Source of the DNA: Malacoraja senta
Lineage: Eukaryota
NCBI GenBank assembly: GCA_038087875.1
Contig: JAXLNO010000270.1
Coordinates: forward strand, 124,001 to 188,000
DNA: 64,000 nucleotides
Direction: 5' to 3'
The notes below the pieces were generated by a model. It searched no databases, had not been told where the DNA came from, and saw only the letters and a program-made list of their open reading frames with translations. The translations under genes were made by a program, and so were the position numbers. Positions 51,795 to 64,000 of this stretch are shown piece after piece. The stretch's first letter is position 1. Each line of letters begins with the position of its first letter.

Positions 51795-54700
51795 GTAAGG
51801 TACTAGAACTGACTCGGCGACCGTTTCAAGGAACAGTTAGGTAGGGCGGCACGGTGGCGCAGCGATAGAGTTGCTGTCTTACAGCTCTTTCAGCACTTTC
51901 AGCACCAGAGACCCAGGTTCGATCCTGACTACGGGTGCTGTATGTACGGCGTTTGTACGTTCTTCCCGTGACCTGCGTGGGTTTCTCCAAGAACTTTGGT
52001 TCCCCCCCACACTCCAAAGACGTACAGGATTGTAGGCTTATTGGCTTGTGAAATATGTAAACAATGTCCCTGATGTGTGATGGATAGTGCTAATGTTCGG
52101 GGATCGCTGATCGGTGCGGACTCGTTGGGCATGTTTCAGCGCTGTATCTCTAAACTAAACTAAACTGAATGTACACTTGGTCCGCCAACGCATATTTGTT
52201 CTGATGGTTGCTAAGCATTTGATATCGCCTTTCATTCACACACTGACCTTTGTCAGAGTGCGGCGGCACACAAACCGAATGCCAGCTCCTCATAATCCGC
52301 TTGATTAGCTTACAAACTGATTGATTGCTTTCTCCAATATTAGGCATCTAAACCACATCCACACCCTCACCTATCTCCCACTCACTTCTATGTTCTACCA
52401 CCGGTCCTCACATCCAATTCTATCAAACACCTCCCCTTTCATCGACATTTCTTCCTCTGGCTTCACAATGCACATCCTTTGACATATCTCAAAACGTTTG
52501 TCGTTTGACATCTGCAAATTTTAGTTTAGTTCAGTTCAGTTCTGAGATAAAGCGCGGAAACAGATCCTTCGGCCCACCCATGCCGCCCATTGATCCCCAC
52601 ACCGTAACAATAACCGACACAGATTAGGTACAATTTACACTGATACAAAATCAATTAACATACATGTATGTTTTTGGAGTGTGGGATGCAACCGCAGCAC
52701 CCACACAGTTCAAGGGGAGAAGGTACAAACTCCAATCAGACAGTATCCGTAGGCTGGATCAAATCCGGGTCTCTGGCAGCAACATTACCGCTTCGGCAAA
52801 GTGCCGCCCCATGTTGAACCATCTGCTCAACTTTATCCACCTATAATTCGCCAGGCTTTGCCCTGTCGCTCATTTTTATAGGTTTCCCCAACGACCACAA
52901 ACAATCTGAAGAAGGGACCCGAGCCGTTGCTGAGCCGCTGAGTTACTCCAGCACTTTGTACCTATCCATGACCTCTAGAGATGTTGCCTAACCAGCAGAG
53001 ATACTCCAGCACTTTGTACCTATCCGTGTTTACCAGAGATACTGCTTGACCAAATGAGTTACCCCAGCACTTTGTATCTATCCGTGTTCTCCAGAGATGT
53101 TACTTGACCCGCTAAGTTACAACACACTTTGTTCCGGTCCGTGTTCTGCAGATATGCTGCCTGATGCGCTGAGTTACTTCCCCACTTTGCACCTATCCGT
53201 GTACTCCAGAGATGTTGCCTGACCCAATGACTTGATACTGTACCTTGTGCATGCTTTACATTATTAACTGCCATTCCTTGTATCTGCTATTTGCGTGGCT
53301 CGTCTTTCATATTTCGCTTCTTACAACGTACACTCGCCGTTTACTGCGACAAATTTCCTCCGTGCCAAAGATCTCGCTGCGTGGCTGTCGCGAAGAAAAT
53401 TATTCTGTTAATAGACACACAATGCTGGAGTAACTCAGCGGGACAGGCAGCATCTCTGGAGAAAATGAGTGGGTGACGTTTTGTACGTCTTTGGACCCTT
53501 CTTCTCGACCTGAAACGTCACCCATTGCGTCCCTCCCGAGATGATGCCTGTCCCGCTGAGTAAAATATAGCGAAGATGAGTGGGAAGTCAGAAGATTGGG
53601 GAACATTTAGAGCACAACAGAGGGTAACTAAAAAGGCAATACCTGGATAAATGATGGACGAAAGTGAGCTAGACATGAATATAAAGGAGGATAGTACAAA
53701 CTTATTTAGTTATATGAAGAGGAAAATATTAGTTAAGACAAATGTGGGTCCCTGGAAGACAAAATAGGTGAACGTATTATTGGGAACAAGGAAATGGCAA
53801 ACGGGTTGAACAGGTACTTTGGTGCCGTCTTCACTATCGAATACACAAACAATCTTCCAGTTGTACTAGGGGACAGACGATCTAGAGTGACGGAGGTAGT
53901 GAACGAAATTCACATTAGTCCAGAAATGTTTTGGGTGGAACTGATGGGACTGAAGGCTGATAAATCCCCAGGGTACTCATGTAGGTGGCTCTAGAAATCG
54001 TTGACGCATTGAGGTGATCATATTCCAATATTCTAAAGATTCTGGATCAGTTCCTGTGGATTGAATGGGAGGTAATGTTATCCCACTTTTTAAGAAAGTT
54101 GGGAGAGGGAAAACAGGGAATTGTGGAGCAGTTTGTTTCATATCGGTGGTGGGGAATTTGCTGGAGTCGATTATCAAAGGTAATAGCGGCGCACATGGAT
54201 AGCAGTAAAAGGATCGGTCTAAGTCAGCAAGGATTTTAGAAAGGGAAATCCTGCTTGACAAATCTTATGCAATTTTTTGAGGATGTAACAAGTAAAATGG
54301 ATAAGAGGGACAGTGGACGTGGTGTATTTGATAAGGTCTCACACAGGAGATTAGTGGGCAAAATTGAGCACACGGTAGAGGGGGTAGGATATTGACATGG
54401 ATAGATAACTGGTTGACAGATAGAAAACGAAGATTATGAATTTACGATTACCTTTCAGAATGGAAGGCAGTGAATAGTCGGGTACCGCAAGGTTTGGCGC
54501 TGGCACAACTGCTATTTACAATATTTATTAATGATTTAACTGAAGAAATTAAACGTGATATTTGCAAATTCGCAGATGACACGAGGCTGTGTGGCAGTAT
54601 GAACTGTGAAGAGGATACTATGTTGATGAAGGGGGACTTGGATAGATTGGGTGAGTGGGCCGATGCATGACGGATGCAGTGTAATGTGGATAAATGTGAG

Positions 54701-55790
54701 GTTATTCACTTTGGAGGCAAGAACAAGAAGGCAGGTTATTATTTGAATGGTTTCAGATTAGGAAAAGGGGAAGTGGAACGAGAACAGGGTGTCCTTGTAC
54801 ATCAATCACTGAAAGTAAGCATGCAGTTACAGCAGGCAGTGAAGAAAGCTAATGGCATTTTGGTCTTCATAACGACAGGATTTGAGTATAGAAGCAAATA
54901 GGTCCTTCCACAGTTTTACAGGGCGATCGTTGGACCACAGCTGGAGTTGTGTGTGCAGTTTGGGTCTCCTAATTTCAGGAAGGACATTCTTGCTCTTGCG
55001 AACGTGCAGCGTAGGTTCACGAAGTTAATTCCTGGGATGGTTGGACTGTCATATGAAGAAAGAATGGAACGACTGTGTTTTTATACACTGGAACTTAGAA
55101 GGGTGATAGGGGATCTTCCAGAAACATATAAAATTATTTAGCGATTAGATAAGCTAGATGCATCGGAAACGTGTTCCCGATGTTGGGGGAATCCAGAACT
55201 AGGGGCCACAGATTAACAATAAGCGGTAGGCCATTTAGAACTGAGATGATAAAAACGTTTTCACCCAGAGAGTTGTGAATTTGTGTAATTTCTGCCTCAG
55301 TGGATAGTGGAGGCCGATTCACTGGATGCATTCACAAGAGAGTTAGATAGAGGTCTTAGGGCCAGCTGAATCAATGGATATGGGGAGAAGACGGGAACGG
55401 GGTTCTGATTGTGGATGATCAGCCATGATCACATAGAAGCGCGGTGCTGGCCCGAAGCGCCGAATGGATCATCTGTATCTGTTTTCTATGGTTACACGTT
55501 TCTATGTTTTACTGTTTCTCTATCTTCGGTTTAAACTAGTATCTGCAGTTCCTACCCACACAAATTATTCTGTCACTTCATTTTCAAATATTGCTTCATG
55601 TTACATTAATGGTTTATTTTATAAGGATATTTGAATTCGAATCTCAACTTAATCACTTGTCCATATGAAGTTATCTACGAAACATTAGAAAGTGTATGAA
55701 ATAATTGCAGACGCTAGATAAAATCGAAGGTAGAAACAAAATGCTGGAGTAACTGCGCGGGTGCGGCAGCATTTCTGGAGAGCAGGAATG

Positions 55791-55821
55791 GACGTTGTTT
55801 CGGGTCGGGACCCTTCTTCAG
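55791..55821 (-). ncRNA. Penelope hammerhead ribozyme core, unit C copy
   Basis: Minus strand CTGAAGA-A-GGGTC-CC-GACCC-GAAAC-AAC-GTC. Confidence 0.6.
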
Positions 55822-57759
55822 CCTGATGTCAGGAGAGTGGGCGGGACAAAGATAGAATATAGGTGGAGACAATAAATCTAGTGGGAGAACTGGGAAGAGG
55901 AAGGGCATGGGGAGAGAAAGCAAGGGCTATCTGAAGTTAGAGAAGTGAATGTTCATACCGCTATGGTGTAAACCACCCAAGCGAAACATGAGGTGCTGCT
56001 CCTCAAATTTGCGCTGGGCGTCACTCTGACAGAAAGGTCTCATTGGGAATGGAAGGGGGAGTTGAAGTGCTGTGCCACCGGGGGATCAGATAGGTGAAGA
56101 CGGAGTGAGCGGAGGTGTTCATATCCCGCTTAAACTCCCTGGTCAACTAGTCCCTTCCCACCCAAACACCTGGCCCTTTACCTCCCCCCTCGACTCCATC
56201 CAAGGACTCAAATTACTCCTCAATGACATCCATCTTCCAGGCCCCCACTCCTTCTTCTTTACACTGGATGGCCAGTCAATCTCCACCTCCATCCCCACCA
56301 GGATGCTCTTAAAGCCCTCCGTTTCTTCCTCATCGGCAGAACCAGCCAATTTCCCTCCAGCAAGAATCTCCTCCGCCAGAAGAGCTGGTCCTTACCCTCA
56401 CATTCTCCTTAGACTCCCCCCACTTCCCAAGGCGTAGCGATGGGCACTCGCATTGGCCCTAGCAATGCTTGCCTCTTTGTAGGGAACGTCGGCCAATCAC
56501 TTTTCCAGGCGGACATTGGCCTAATCCCCGAACTTTACCTCAGCTACATTACCTCAGCCACTCAGGACTCACAGACTTCATCAACTACACCACAAATTTC
56601 AATCCTGCGCTCAAATTCACTTGGACCATCTCCGACATCTCCATACCATATCTAGATCTCAGCGCCTCCATCACAGGGAACAGACTATTGACCGGCATTT
56701 ACTGCAAACATACTGTCTCCCATTGTTATCTTGACCACACTTCTTCCCTCTCTGCTCCTGTAAATACTCTATCCCCTACTCCCAATTCATCCGTCTATGC
56801 GGCATCTGCGCCCAGGATTAGGTGTTCCATACCAGGGCATCGGAGATGTGCTCAATCTTTAGCGAACGGGATTTCCCCTCTTCCATTATAGACGAGGCTC
56901 TCACTAGGGTCTCGTCGATATCCCGTGCTCCGCTCTTACTCTCCCTCCCCCCATTCTTAACAAGGACAGTCACCCTTGTCCTCATCTTCCACCCCATCAG
57001 CCGTCGCAAACAGCATATAATTCTACAACATTTTCGTCACCTCCAAAGGGATCCCATTACTTCTTCACATCTCCAAATCTCCACATCTTCACATCTCCAC
57101 CCCTTTCTGATTTCCGTAGAGACCGTTCACTCCGAAACTCCCTGGTCAACACGTCCCTCCAACCCAAACCACCCCTTACCCAGATACATTCCCCTGCAAC
57201 CGCAGATGATGCAACACCTGTTCCGTTACCTCCCCCTTCGACTCCATTCAAAGACGCAAACAGTCTTTCCAGGTGAGGCAGAGGTTCACTTGCACCTCCT
57301 CCAACCTCATCTACTGTATCCGCTGTTCCAGGTGACAATTTCTCTACATCGGCGGTCATTTCGCTTAAAACCTCCGCTCAGTCAAACCTGTCTGATCTCC
57401 AGGTGGCCCAGCGCTTCAACTCCCCCTCCCATTCCCAATCTGACCTCTTTGTCCTAGACCTCCTCCATTGTCAAATTGGAGGAACAGCACCTCATATATC
57501 GCTTGGGTCGTTAACACCCCAGCGGTATGAACATTGACTTCTCTAACTTCAGATGGCCCTCGCTATCTATCTCAATCCCCTTCCACTTCCCAGTTCTCCC
57601 ACATCTTACTGTCTCCGCCTACATTCTAATTTGTCCCGCCCCCTTCGCTGACTTATCGACCCGAAACGTTACCCATTGGTTCTTTCCAAAGATGCAGCCT
57701 CACCCGTTGATTTACTCCAGCATTTTGTGTCCAACTTAAAAAAATCTTATTTCTTTCAG

Positions 57760-58634
57760 TTAATTTATTGGCTGTTGTGATCCTGTGCCGCGGAAATTGT
57801 GGTCTCTCCAAATGCGTTACCCGCTACCTGGTGGCTATGGCAGCAGTTGATTTAATGGTGGTTTTAGTTAATGTTGTACTGGAGCAGATAAATTATATAT
57901 ATATGTATGCTGAGTTCTTGATTACTACTCCAACTTGCGCTGTGATAATCGCCCTGCGATTCGCAACCACGAGCTGTTCCGTTTGGTTCACGGTCGCGTT
58001 TACTTTCGATCGATTCATCGGTATCTGCTGCCAGAAGCTGCGGAACCAATATTGTCGCGGGAGAATAGCGACTGCGGTGATAATAACAATGGTGGTACTG
58101 AGTTGTGCAAAGGGTATTCCATATTACTTTGCAATCGATCCAAGTCGTTGCGTCGGTACAGTTGAATTTCATACATCACCTGAATGGAAAGCCTATACGT
58201 TGTTTAATAATATCATGACTCCATTATTACCGTTCGGGACAATTGTGCTGCTTAATGTTTTAACAGTTAGACATATTATAATGGCAAATAAACTCCGGCA
58301 GAGACTCCGGGACAGTCGTGAGGATCAGAAAGACTCAGAGATACAGAACCGGAGAAAGTCAATGACATTGCTCTTCGCTCTATCAGCCAATTTCATATTA
58401 TTGTGGATACCCAAAGTTGTGTATGCTGTGAACCAGCAAGTATCAAACTATACCTACCAGGACAAGTATTTCAGCAGTCCTATACATATCCTACAAGTGT
58501 CCGGATTTATGATGCAGATGCTCAGTACCTGCACCAACTCCTGTATCTATGGACTGACGATGCGAAGATTCAGAGAGGAATTGAAGAGCGGAGTCAAGTG
58601 TGTGTTTACATTAAACGGACTGCTCTGTAAATAA
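57760..58634 (+). CDS. GPR139/GPR142-like GPCR copy 3, coding exon 2 (intact, DRF motif)
   Basis: Acceptor TTCTTTCAG ends at 57759; 875 nt open to TAA; paralogous to 45413-46287 with about 21 amino-acid differences. Confidence 0.93.
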
Positions 58635-59944
58635 ACAGGACAAGCAATTGTAAGTTCGTTGAGCTTCTAAATAAATGTCCAGAAAACACTAAAATTCTAG
58701 CTTGTTCCACGAAGATGACTCAAGTCTTTTTCTTGCACTATTATTCTAATTGATTGGGTTTAATCCAGAGGGCGCAGTGGGCACGACCCAGCCGTGCTAC
58801 ATCAAATCATTGTTGCTATGTGATATATCAATGGCATAGAGTACTTCACGCCGAACACCTAGTTTCACGGTCGGATTCGTGACCCATGTCTTACGTGCTA
58901 TGTTTGGCGTCAACTAATGATCTGGGTCTATTTCATCTCATTGAGCGTGCATATATTTGCATCTGCTAGCATTTATTTCAAGGTGCGAGAATACAAAAAC
59001 AGGGATGTAATGCTGAGGCTCTATACGGCGTTGACGGGCCGCAGTTTCAAAATTGTGAGCAGTTTTGGGCACCATATCCGAGGAAGAATGAGCTGGCTCA
59101 AGAAAGCGCCCAGAGGATGTTTACAAGAATAATCCCAGGATTGAGTGAGCGCTTTACGACACTGGGCCCATATTCGCTCGAATTTAGAAGAATGACAGGG
59201 GACCTCATTGAAACATACCGAATAGGGAAAGGCTTGGATAAAGTGGATAGAGTCATAGATTGATACAGTTTGAACATGCCCTTTGGCCCAACTTGCCTAA
59301 CAGCGGCCAACATGTCCCAGCTACACTAGTCGCACCTGCAACCATTTAGCCCATATCGCTCCAAACCTGTCATAGCTATGTATCTGTCTAGGTGTTTCAT
59401 AAACGTTGGGATAGTCGCTGCCTCAACTACCTGCTCTGGCAGCTTGTTCCATACATTCATCGCCCTTTGGGTGAAAAGATTACCCTCAGAACCCTATTAA
59501 ATATTTTCCCCTTCACCTTAAACCTATGTCCTCTTTTTCTTGATTCATCCAACTCTGGCAAGAAATTGAGTGCATCTACCCAATCTAATGTGGTCCTTTC
59601 GTAATCTTATACATCTATATGAGATCACCTCTCACCCTCCTGCGCCCCAAGCCATAGAGTCCCAGTCTTCTCGACCTCTGCCTATTGCTCAGACCTTTAA
59701 TCCTGGCAGCATCCTCACCAACGTCTTATACAATTGCAACATGACCTCCCAACTTCCATACTCGATACCCTGACTGATGAATAGCAATATGCGAAAAGCC
59801 TTTTCACCACCTGACCTACGTGCGACACCACCTTCAGGGAACAATGTACATGTACTCATATATCTCTCTGCTCTACAACACTAACCAGAAGACAATAGAT
59901 GCAGGAGTATACCATTGGGCGCTTCGAGCCAGCACCGCCATTCA

Positions 59945-60238
59945 ATACAATACAATGCAAATTTATTGTCATTTGAACCTCAAAAGATGTTGAAACGAAA
60001 TTTGGTTTCTGCAGTCATACAACAAGAAAAGAACAGAGACAAACAAACAACTCAATTAACACAAAAATCCATCACAGTGAATCTCCTTCTCACTGTGATG
60101 GGAGGCAAAGTCTTGTCTCTCCCCTGTTTTGCATTCTTCTCCCGATGTTAAAGCCCCCGGCGGGCGATGGCAAGTCCCGCGCCGTGACGGCCGCGCCGGG
60201 CGATGTAAGGCCCTGCTCCGGGTCTTGATGTTGGAGCG
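59945..60238 (-). mobile_element. Truncated copy of the (TATTG)n-tailed GC-rich retroposon
   Basis: Matches 9066-9310; perfect hairpin at 60069-60101. Confidence 0.8.
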
Positions 60239-60494
60239 GTGTGGTTCTGATGGAGTGACACACTGTTGGGTAGAACTGATGGAGTGACACATTGACGGTA
60301 GTTCGATTGAGTGACACCTTTCGGCGTGCTGAAGGAGTGATACAATGGGGTAGCACTGATAGAGTGACACACTGTGGGGCAGCATCGACGGTGTGACCCA
60401 CTGTGGGGCGGTACTTACAGAGTGACAGAAGATTTAATTTAAACATACGACTTGTAGAACAGTCCTAGATTTAATTTAAACATACGACTTGAGT

Positions 60495-61400
60495 CCATAA
60501 TCATCCGTAATAGCCATTCCACCAACTTCCACCACCTGACTCTCTTGAAATTTCAGGCACTTTGCTGGTGTCTTCAACTGTGAAGACAGATCATCAATTC
60601 TCCTGCATCATTTTCCAGTGGTCTTGCTTGCAATCTTGCCTCTTATTAACTGTTTATATCTGAAGCGACTTTTGCTATCCTCTTAAATATTAGTGGCTGG
60701 CTTACCTTCATATTTCTTCTCTTCTCGCTGAATTGCCTTTTCACTTACTTTATGTTGTTGTTTAAAAGCTTCCCATTACTCTGGCTTCCCACTAATCTTT
60801 GCTATGTCACCTTTCCAGTCACCATTGGTCAGTTCCTCTCTCAGACCACGGTGGTCCCCTTTGCTCAGCAGCATTACCGACACATCCGATTTCACCTACT
60901 CGCTCTCAAATTGCAGATTCAAACTTATCATGTTGTTGTCCCTACCTCCTAATGGTTCCTTTCCCCAGAGTACCCTTATCAAATCCAGTTCATTACATAA
61001 GGCTCAATCCAGAATTGCCTTTCCCCTTGCAGACTCCACTACAAGCAGCTAAAAGAATGCATCTCGGCGGTAATCTACAAAATACCTTTCTTGGGATCCA
61101 ATACTAACATAATTTTTCCTGTTTATTGAAATCTCCCATGAGCACAGAAGCATTGCAATTTTTACATGACAATTTTCTCCCAGGATGTAACCTATACTCT
61201 ATATCCTGGCTATTATTTGGGGGCCTGTAAATAACTCCTATTATTGACTTTTTACCCATATCATTTCGCAGCTCTATCCACAATGTCTGTACCTCTTCAG
61301 ATCCTATGTCATCCCTCGCTAAGTACTGAATTAAATTCCGAAACAACAGAGATACCCAACCCCCTCTGGCCATATCGGTTTTTCCGATAGCACGTGTGAA
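60495..61400 (-). mobile_element. Degenerate CR1 endonuclease region
   Basis: LWIELRN, GVIYRPPN, LMGDFN remnants. Confidence 0.7.
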
Positions 61401-61536
61401 CCCTGAATTTCCGCGCGCGACTCCGATCCTCTTGCAGTCCCGTCTCCGTAATTCCAACAAAATCATACCTGACAATACCTGCTGATTTCTTCCAGCAGTT
61501 TGTATTTTATTGTATTGTACTTTGTATTGTATACAG

Positions 61537-63162
61537 GTTAAGTGGGGCCAGGGCAGTTTACTGTTCTGGATGTCAGATGTGGGAGGTCAGGGAGTCTGAT
61601 AGCCTTCCAGACGTCCACATCTGCGCCAGGTGCATCGAGATGGGGCTCCTAAGGGACCGTATTAGGAGCCTGGAGCATCAGCTCGATGACCTCCGTCTGT
61701 TCAGGGAGAGTGAGGAGGTCATAGAGAGGAGTTACAGAGAGGTGGTCACTCCAAGACCACAGGAGGCAGACAAGTAGGTCACGGTTAGGAGGGGCAAGGG
61801 GCAGATGCAGGGACTAGAGAGTACCCCGGTGGCTGTTCACCTTGGCAATAAGTACTCCTGTTTGAGTACTGTTGGGGGGGACAGTCTAACTGGGGTTAGC
61901 AAAAGCGGCCGGGCCTACGGCACAGAGACCGGCCTTGTTGCTCAGAAGGGTAAGGAAAAGAAGAGGAGGGCAGTAGTAATAGGGGACCCTATAGTTAGGT
62001 GGTCAGATAGGCGATTCTGTGGACGCAGTCAGGAGACCCGGACGGTTGTTTGCCTCCCTGGTGCCAGGGTCTGGGATGTGTCTGAACGTGTCCAAGATAT
62101 CCTGAAATGGGAGGGAGTGGAGCCCGAGGTCGTGGTACATATAGGTACCAATGACATAGGTAGAAAAAGAGAAGAGGTCCTGAAAGGAGAAATTAGGGAG
62201 TTCGGAGGAGAGTTAAGTAGAAGCACCGCAAAGGTAACAATCTCAGGATTACTGCCTGTGCCACGCGACAGTGAGAGTAGGAATGGAGCGAGGTGGAGGA
62301 TAAATTCGTGGCTGAAGGACTGGTGCAGAGGGCAGGGATTCAAGATTCTGGATCATTGCGACCTCTTTTGGAGAAGGTGTGACCTGTACAAAAAGGACGG
62401 GTTGCACTTGAACCCGAGGGGGACCAATATCCTGGCGGGGAGATTTGCAAAGGCTACTGGGGAGACTTTAATAGAACGGTTGGGGGGAGGGACTCAAATA
62501 GAGAAAGCTAGTAGACAGTGTGTGAGGCAGGAGGAAGAGAAGGGAAGCAGTCAGACCCAGCATGTAGGGGGGGGAGAAGAAAAAAATAATAAACAGAGAA
62601 TAAGAGGTGGTTGGTTTCAATAGGTAGCAAGGTGAAAAGTAAAAGTGGCAGGCAAACAAATCCAGGGCAAAAATCAAAACGGGACACTTTTCAACATAAT
62701 TGTATAAGGGGTAAGAGCGCTGTAAAAACAAGCCTGAAGGCTTTGTGGCTCAATGCAAGGAACATTCGGAATAAGGTGGATGAGTTGAATGTGCAGATAG
62801 CTATTAATGATTATGATATAGCTGGGATCACGGAGACATGTCTCCAGGGTGACAAAGGCTGGGAGCTGAACATCCAGGGATATTCTATATTCAGGGGGGA
62901 TGGACAGGAAGGAAAAGGAGGTGGGGTAGCGTTGCTGGTTAGAGAGGAGATTAAGGAAATAGAAAGGAGGGACATTAGCTTGGAGGATGTGGAATCGATA
63001 TGGGTAGAGCTGCGAAACACTAAGGGGCAGAAAACGCTATTGAGTATTGTGTACAGGCCACCTAACTGTAGTAGTGGAGTTGGGGATGGCATCAAACAGG
63101 AAATTAGAAATGCGTGCAACAAAGGTAAAACTGTTATAATGGGTGACTTCAATCTATATATA
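61537..63162 (+). mobile_element. CR1 5' region: ORF1 (Cys/His finger + SGNH esterase), then an APE start from a different CR1 subfamily
   Basis: CSGC...HICARC, VIGDPIVR, VVVHIGTND, DGLHLN; stop at 61775; then LNARNI, ITET, YRPPN, GDFN, truncated. Confidence 0.88.
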
Positions 63163-63395
63163 GGGGGTTTGGGAGTATTCGCGGAGTGATACCTTGTTGA
63201 ATGGTACTGGTGGAATGACGCGCAGTGGGGCAGTAGGAAGGGAGTAACACACAGTGAGATCGTACGTATAGCGTGATCCGAAGTAGGCTAGTATTAGTGG
63301 AGGGGCGGAGGGATAATACAGATGGAGTGACATATTGTGTGGTATTACCGATGGAGAAACGTACTGTGGGGTGGTACTGATGGAATGACACACTG

Positions 63396-63960
63396 AATGA
63401 AATGGATGAAAGGGTCTTCCTTTGTTCCTTCCCCCGGCAGCTGCGTCCTCACTTCCACGTGTCCGTCCTCGTCCGTCGGTCCGCGTCATCATCGACCGCC
63501 GCAACGACCTTTCCAAATACGTCACCGCATCCACTCCGGACGCCTCAGTGGAGGAGACCCAGGCCCCGGCCGTGGGCTCCGCAGACGGGTTTCGTCGACT
63601 TGCGAGGCTCCACCTCTGACCCGCGGACTCCCACCCGCGAGGCCTGGGCTCCGTCCCGCGAGGCTGCGTACCGCGAGGCCTGGGCTCCCCCCAGAGGGAG
63701 TGGTTCGATTTCCTATAGCGCGCGTATGTTGGAGCCTCCAAATTTAGGCGAAATTGCAAGTCGCCATTCGTATGACTGGGCGGAGAATTTGGTACGACAT
63801 GTAAAATTTTATGTTCCATCGTTTTTTGTTTCTTTCTTTGTAGTTTGTGTCTATTCAGGGACGGTAGAGAGACCAATATTCTGCGGTATATTTCTGTCTC
63901 TTTTGCTCATGTGCACTATGCACAGTATGACCGTGTGCTATGTTTCGTTCACTGATGGTT
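63396..63960. repeat. Unclassified GC-rich repeat with internal CCGCGAGGC(CTGGGCTCC) repeats
   Basis: Short TGAA-like tract at the left end; three CGCGAGGC units at 63635-63690. Confidence 0.4.
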
Positions 63961-64000
63961 TCCCTCCGTAATCTGTCCCCCCGAGCACAACGCGAGACAT

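Larger units (their letters stand above)
46605..59944 (+). repeat. Segmental duplication unit C plus the start of a further partial unit (58944-59944)
   Basis: 46605 onward matches 19700 onward; 58944-59944 matches 14193-14635 + 16987-17830 without the Rex1 and short CR1 insertions. Confidence 0.88.

Noticed and set aside
1..59944. Triplication as an assembly artefact or uncollapsed haplotypes
   Set aside because: Units differ by several percent and by many TSD-flanked private insertions, more than expected for duplicated reads; read validation is still advisable.
60073..60097. CACAGTG/CACTGTG resembling RAG RSS heptamers
   Set aside because: No nonamer at 12/23 spacing in the right orientation and no V/D/J segments; explained by the retroposon hairpin.

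Overview
Vertebrate genomic DNA. The repeat repertoire (CR1 with esterase ORF1, Rex1, L1, Penelope, V-SINE/HE1-like SINEs) points to a cartilaginous fish, probably a skate or ray; this is inference. The window is a head-to-tail segmental triplication. Each unit carries one two-exon class A GPCR gene of the GPR139/GPR142-like type: a 70-nt exon 1 that the ORF track misses, a phase-1 intron, and an 875-nt exon 2, giving 314 aa. Copy 1 (6361-13878) is a pseudogene (frameshift, premature TAG, altered TATA-like box). Copies 2 (29449-46287) and 3 (51725-58634) are intact and differ at about 21 residues. Almost everything else is retroelement sequence, and comparing the units shows empty and filled sites, TSDs and deletions directly. 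Highlights: a Penelope>CR1>full-length L1 nest in the copy 2 intron; Penelope hammerhead-ribozyme cores; a perfect 16-nt complementarity bracketing L1 ORF2; a covarying hairpin shared by GC-rich non-coding retroposons; and a TIR-bearing MITE. All alignments and counts were done by eye.
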